Assembly (NCBI GenBank): GCA_002633005.1
Contig: NMRA01000541.1
Span: 1-64,000 of the forward strand
Direction: 5' to 3'
DNA from: Phoronis australis
Taxonomy: Eukaryota > Animalia > Phoronida
DNA length: 64,000 bases
Below the pieces are notes generated by a model, which was given only the letters and a program-made list of their open reading frames with translations, did not search any database and was not told where the DNA came from. The translations under genes and the position numbers were made by a program. Within the stretch, counting starts at the first letter, position 1. Each line of letters starts with the position of its first letter. Positions 62,001 through 64,000 of this stretch are shown one piece after another.

Positions 62001-63235
62001 GGCTCAGTATAAACTGGATTATGGTTAGCTTTGCCTCAATGAATTGTAGAGGTCTAGGAGACTTAGCAAAGCGTAGATGTGGTCCACTTTCTAAGAGAAA
62101 GTCTTGTATTTACTGCCTCCGGGCACTCACTTCACCAAAGAAGAAACGAAATAAGTTCGTTCCACCTGGGAATATGATATAATGGTGAGCCTAGGAATAC
62201 GAGACTCGCGTGGTGTGTGCATTCTTTTTAATAGAAACTTTGAATATGAAGTCAACTCCAAAAAATAGATTCGGATGGTAATCTGGTTGCCACGGAAGTC
62301 TTAATTGAGAACAATTATCTAGTATATCTGATAAATTTGTACGGTCCAAACAGAGACAAAGAAGTTTCCTTGATGGATAAAATCCGTCAGAACGAGTTTC
62401 TTTTGTCACAGACACACGTAAGGACGACATTTTGATGTAACAACTGACGAGAACCTCGAAAACTTCCATTTACAGAATGCAAATTTTATATGCTAATAAG
62501 GGAGCACTTGACTACTGCGCCGTCTATACATCGGCGGAAAAGCTTAAATACCCGTGACTGCGTGTGGGGAAATTGCGATTGTGTGCGCTGAAGTCGATAT
62601 TTTCAAAGTACAATTATACCACAGTTTAAGGTTGCAAAGTGAGTTTTTTTGATATGCTTCGATTATATAGAAAAATCTTTACTCTCTCAGACGAAATCAT
62701 CTGTGTTCTTTTAAATGAAAATTAACTCCTGAAATTAGTCCGGGGAAGGAGACCAAAAGCGGCAGTTTAGCTACATGTAGTTCTCCGTTCCTGGTTATCT
62801 CTTCTTTGTATTATTAGCTTGTGTACCACATGGAGAGTGGTCGACACGGTTATGATACATATTAGTGTTTGTGTGTAAACGTTTAATGTTGGAAGATTCA
62901 TTAAATATTGTTCTTTTATTTGTTTTTTTCCTACTAAATTTTCTGATTAAAGTCACGTTAATAAGGGTTTTACTTGTAATAATTAGTGGTTAATAAGTAT
63001 ATTAACCGGATTTAATCATTGTCTCTCCATCAAGACAAAATCACAAAAATAGCAACCTTTCAAACAAACGTACCATCAAATTCTGACCAATACTATATGT
63101 AGCAAAAATATCAGAGAAAACGCTGTTATTCGTACCTTCACCTTCGCCATGTTTCTTGGAAATGAAATCGATCAAATCTCTCAAAACGTCTACGTATTTC
63201 AACTTCTTGCACGTTTCTAAGGTACCTTCGTACAC
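10825..63235 (-). CDS. IRE1-like: 5'-incomplete 7-exon gene encoding an IRE1-family pseudokinase + KEN ribonuclease (318 aa visible); join of 63136-63235, 54287-54477, 51087-51186, 33352-33485, 17281-17401, 11231-11340, 10825-11025
   Basis: All six introns are GT-AG with compatible phases (1,0,1,0,1,0), giving 957 nt of open frame ending in TAG at 10825. The assembled protein has [60 protein letters not shown] and FPGLVLHVY. These are collinear with human IRE1 as recalled: [69 protein letters not shown]. Confidence 0.9.
11231..11340 (-). CDS. Exon F (KEN: DFYQKHGTKVKGDELQEMLRLGKSNNVTGLVIFMRNK)
   Basis: Acceptor tttttgggttacag|AT, donor AAG|gtacag; 110 nt. NVTGLVIFMRNK matches IRE1 SVRDLLRAMRNK. 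Confidence 0.9.
13526..16954. mobile_element. Non-autonomous DNA transposon (3.4 kb) with about 55-bp TIRs and CCGACC subterminal repeats
   Basis: CAGCACACATCACGAATTTTTGTCCGACCGGTAGGAAATTGGTCGACGACCGGC at 13526 is matched by a near-perfect reverse complement ending at 16954. TA flanks both ends. No transposase ORF is visible. Confidence 0.75.
17281..17401 (-). CDS. Exon E (KEN N-terminal part: EVSPWVNGKKHASGKAASDINKSDGVIEDWRTEFLCELEN)
   Basis: Acceptor ttcttttatacag|GAA, donor ATG|gtacag; 121 nt, phase 0 to phase 1. EVS...DWR aligns with IRE1 DVS...DWR (40 vs 41 aa). Confidence 0.87.
21130..24416 (-). mobile_element. Nested non-autonomous gag-only LTR retroelement (3.3 kb)
   Basis: 257-bp LTRs at 21130-21386 and 24160-24416 (TGTTG...CAACA, about 10 mismatches counted). 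PBS TGGCGTAGT (tRNA-Ser-like) follows the 5' LTR; polypurine tract AGGGAGGGGAGGAA at 21387-21400. Imperfect 4-bp TSD GGAC/TGAC. No pol. Confidence 0.9.
21957..23891 (-). CDS. gag: Gag-like protein: HhH-like N-terminus (one in-frame TAA at 23784-23786), capsid domain, coiled coil, CCHC zinc knuckle
   Basis: The 602-aa ORF 21957-23765 contains WEDFLWKF..W...LEGDASRWF, QTSDESLEQWADRL and CFKCGKLGHYQSAC. An in-frame upstream ATG at 23891 reads MASKILINSCDATTLLGLPGMTTDVAAAVMDFRAI* and then continues into the ORF. Confidence 0.85.
28851..30690. mobile_element. Non-autonomous DNA transposon with long imperfect TIRs
   Basis: About 28851-29150 is an imperfect reverse complement of about 30400-30690 (TCACCTACCATTG / CAATGGTAGGTGA; TTTCAAGTTTATTTCATT / AATGAAATAAACTTGAAA). 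Internal repeats TAGTAACTCT.GACACCA at about 29217 and 29469, inverted at about 30315-30335. Confidence 0.65.
31502..32404 (+). mobile_element. Solo LTR (903 bp) of the same family as the Gmr1-type element, opposite orientation
   Basis: TGTCA...TGACA termini with perfect TSD ATCGT (31497-31501 and 32405-32409). Reverse-complement homology to 25611-26506 along its length. Confidence 0.9.
32488..33293. mobile_element. MITE with short TIRs (hAT-like termini)
   Basis: Ends CAGGGCTCGAC ... GTCGAGCCCAG, with TGCGAC-type subterminal repeats at both ends. Flanks CTTAT/CTTAC; no clean 8-bp TSD. Confidence 0.6.
33352..33485 (-). CDS. Exon D (kinase subdomain XI and start of KEN: [44 protein letters not shown])
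   Basis: Acceptor cattttttgtag|GT, donor GCG|gtttgt; 134 nt. Near residue-for-residue match to IRE1 [44 protein letters not shown]. Confidence 0.93.
34244..38560 (-). mobile_element. Partial, inverted second copy of the CMC/EnSpm-like palindromic-array element (interrupted at 34265-36466)
   Basis: CCCTTACAAAAATGAAC at 34244 continues as TTAAGTTTTTC at 36467, followed by an AAAACTTAAGTTTT array at 36470-36960. About 36700-37960 is a diverged reverse complement of about 43600-44950. The right boundary is uncertain. Confidence 0.65.
34265..36466 (-). mobile_element. Kolobok-like DNA transposon remnant (possibly composite) with a THAP-domain fragment
   Basis: Bounded by CTAA|AG... and ...CT|TTAA (TTAA target, AG termini). 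The minus-strand ORF 36030-36215 encodes MPLCVVCGCSN...HLHNFP...RAW, a THAP N-terminus. The insertion splits a terminus of the palindromic-array element. Confidence 0.6.
38608..40662 (-). mobile_element. 5'-truncated L1/Tx1-clade LINE (ORF2 RT and C-terminal zinc finger, frameshifted)
   Basis: Motifs RGCRQGDPLSPYVF, QYADDTT, WNNKVERVKRDVL and CTFCHSQSETVDHIFFEC. ATTAAA followed by an A-tail on the minus strand at about 38608-38624. Confidence 0.92.
41514..41620. mobile_element. Second (inverted) copy of the MITE family at 10305-10455
   Basis: Contains TCTCACGTAATCTCGCGAAGTC and ends in TTACTGAAC, reverse-complementary to the 10305-10455 copy. Confidence 0.55.
41708..45024. mobile_element. 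Non-autonomous CMC/EnSpm-like DNA transposon with palindromic subterminal arrays
   Basis: TIR CCCTTACAAAAATGAACTTAAGTTTT at 41708 and its exact reverse complement ending at 45024, with a 2-bp TG duplication on both sides. Arrays of AAAACTTAAGTTTT at 41720-42200 and 44770-45010. Spans the assembly gap. Confidence 0.75.
43051..43538. other. Assembly gap (488 N)
   Basis: Run of N. Confidence 1.
47930..48330 (+). mobile_element. L1/Tx1 ORF2 3' remnant
   Basis: TFCNSESKDLVQLYWSCTMVKNFW resembles the C-terminal zinc finger seen at 38735-39121. Confidence 0.6.
49562..50278. repeat. Tandem repeat, about 146-bp unit, about 5 copies
   Basis: ACACCTT anchors at 49635, 49785, 49931, 50077 and 50223 (spacing 150, 146, 146, 146), with conserved TGATCTTATTCTACTGG and ACATGTAAA blocks. 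Confidence 0.9.
50279..50455. mobile_element. Isolated terminus of the CMC/EnSpm-like palindromic-array family
   Basis: TCCTTACAAAAATGAACTTAAGTTTT followed by AACTTAAGTT repeats. Confidence 0.7.
50455..50831 (-). mobile_element. Partial LTR (U3 side) of the 6735-7454 family
   Basis: Ends ...TCTGACA at 50831 (TGTCAGA on the minus strand). Reverse-complement homology to about 6735-7100, including TATAAA and the TTCTAGAA motifs; contains (AAAAC)n. Confidence 0.75.
51087..51186 (-). CDS. Exon C (kinase alphaF: [33 protein letters not shown])
   Basis: Acceptor ctctcttccag|ACC, donor GCA|gtgagt; 100 nt, phase 0 to phase 1. DIFAAG matches the subdomain IX DIFSAG motif. Too short for the ORF track. 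Confidence 0.88.
52080..53950 (-). mobile_element. Possible highly degraded PIF/Harbinger transposase remnant
   Basis: Scattered motif echoes in the expected order: RILRDRSSRLEVF, FKWP, IDGK, LSNAAG, LGDFPSYP. Alignment is weak and by eye only. Confidence 0.35.
54287..54477 (-). CDS. Exon B (catalytic loop, degenerate DFG position, activation segment, APE)
   Basis: Acceptor tttatttttatag|TA, donor CTA|gtaagg; 191 nt. Encodes (V)[63 protein letters not shown]. Confidence 0.92.
57400..57980. repeat. Diverged tandem repeat, about 200-260-bp unit, about 3 copies
   Basis: A TCTAA..CCAGTGA..TGGYTCAA...TGTTAAC..TTCAAAA..CAGGTGA.CTC block recurs near 57421, 57680 and 57881. Confidence 0.6.
60310..62400 (+). 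mobile_element. 5' part of an L1/Tx1-like LINE (decayed ORF1 and start of ORF2 endonuclease)
   Basis: ORF1 coiled coil followed by RYSLRNC..INGV.E, ENTDD, DISRIHRLG, RPIIVKFVSY, VFVNENLTKRR and CWTFDG. APE endonuclease start MNCRGL at about 62039 and RGVCILF at about 62208. Multiple stops. Confidence 0.85.
63136..63235 (-). CDS. Exon A of the IRE1-like gene (kinase hinge to alphaE: VYEGTLETCKKLKYVDVLRDLIDFISKKHGEGE)
   Basis: Acceptor ttttattgcag|GTG, donor GAAG|gtacga; 100 nt, ends in phase 1. Splicing to exon B gives H-G-E-G-E-V-H, the same spacing as IRE1 H-S-L-N-I-V-H. Confidence 0.8.
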
Positions 63236-64000
63236 CTGCAATAAAATGACAATGGTCTATAATGCATCTCGGCAGCTCATTCGGACTTGAGTAAAGCACT
63301 TATGACATTTTCATTATAGATAAAAACAAAAACAAAAAGAAATACCGCTTTATACTGATCTGGACAGCAGGCCCTGCCCAAAAGTTTGTAAAGTAAAAAA
63401 GTGCAACTCTGGTGTTATCAGAGCTGAAGAAGACACTTTCAACAGTTGCTCGATATTCGTCATGCAGAATATTAAAGCAGTCAGTGCTCAGTGAGATTTG
63501 TTGTTAACTGATCTGTTCGTCATCTATATTTAACTCTGCTAATATTTATTTGGCATATTTGTTTCCGAGAAATGACGTGACATTTCCTCGGTATTTCAAG
63601 TGAGCGTGTTAACCGACAGCACCTGCTACAGTGTACATCACCCCATCTGGTCCTTAGTGCACATTAAGTTCCAGCGGAATACTGAGGACATGGCGCCCAG
63701 CAAGCATCCAGAGGACCTCATACAAAGAGGTCCCACTGTCAAACGAGTGCAAAGTTTTGGAATGTGAAATCTGGCAATGTAGCCTAAGACGTAGTACTGT
63801 TGTATGTTTTTTTGTTATTGGAAACCATTCTGTATGTGGAGCATACATGATAGACATGTTGGTTCTCAGTAAATCAAGATATGAGAATGGAAAGGTTATA
63901 AAAATCAGGTGAAGCAGTACAATATGACAGCAAGATTTTGGAGAAATTTGGGGTACTTTCATAAGCTCATGGGCGGCGCAGCACTGAAAAAAGTGTGGGG

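Noticed and set aside
196-62469. Most 60-150 aa ORFs in the track
   Set aside because: No recognisable domains; consistent with chance ORFs or antisense frames of TE remnants.
63041-63135. Longer version of exon A ending at ...GQNLM|gtacgt
   Set aside because: It ends in phase 0, incompatible with the phase-1 start of exon B, and it breaks the H-x4-VH spacing of the kinase.
10825-63235. Calling the gene canonical IRE1/ERN1 or true RNASEL
   Set aside because: Canonical IRE1 retains HRD/DFG and is highly conserved. RNase L orthology needs ankyrin repeats and a phylogeny, neither of which is available in this window.
63654-63962. ORF as a further upstream exon of the IRE1-like gene
   Set aside because: No recognisable kinase N-lobe motifs or convincing donor site.

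Overview
This is AT-rich, repeat-dense eukaryotic genomic DNA. An invertebrate, plausibly lophotrochozoan, origin is inferred from the TE families; it is not prokaryotic. There is one assembly gap (43051-43538). The main feature is the 3' part of a minus-strand spliced gene that the ORF track shows only in fragments. Seven GT-AG exons (63136-63235, 54287-54477, 51087-51186, 33352-33485, 17281-17401, 11231-11340, 10825-11025) join in compatible phases into 957 nt (318 aa + stop). The product aligns by eye with the C-lobe kinase and KEN ribonuclease of IRE1/ERN1, but the kinase looks catalytically dead (HRD->HGE, DFG->WSK, alphaG region shortened). The KEN R-N-K-x-x-H core is retained. It is therefore an IRE1-derived pseudokinase-RNase with RNase L-like logic; its N-terminal sensor lies beyond position 64000. 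The introns and flanks are full of transposons: a Gmr1-type Gypsy element (SCAN-like gag, integrase before RT) carrying a nested young gag-only LTR element with an HhH-like N-terminus, solo LTRs rich in heat-shock elements, L1/Tx1 and CR1/L2 LINE remnants, CMC/EnSpm-like elements with palindromic arrays, a Kolobok/THAP insertion, MITEs and tandem repeats. All alignments and identities were estimated by eye; no database search was run.
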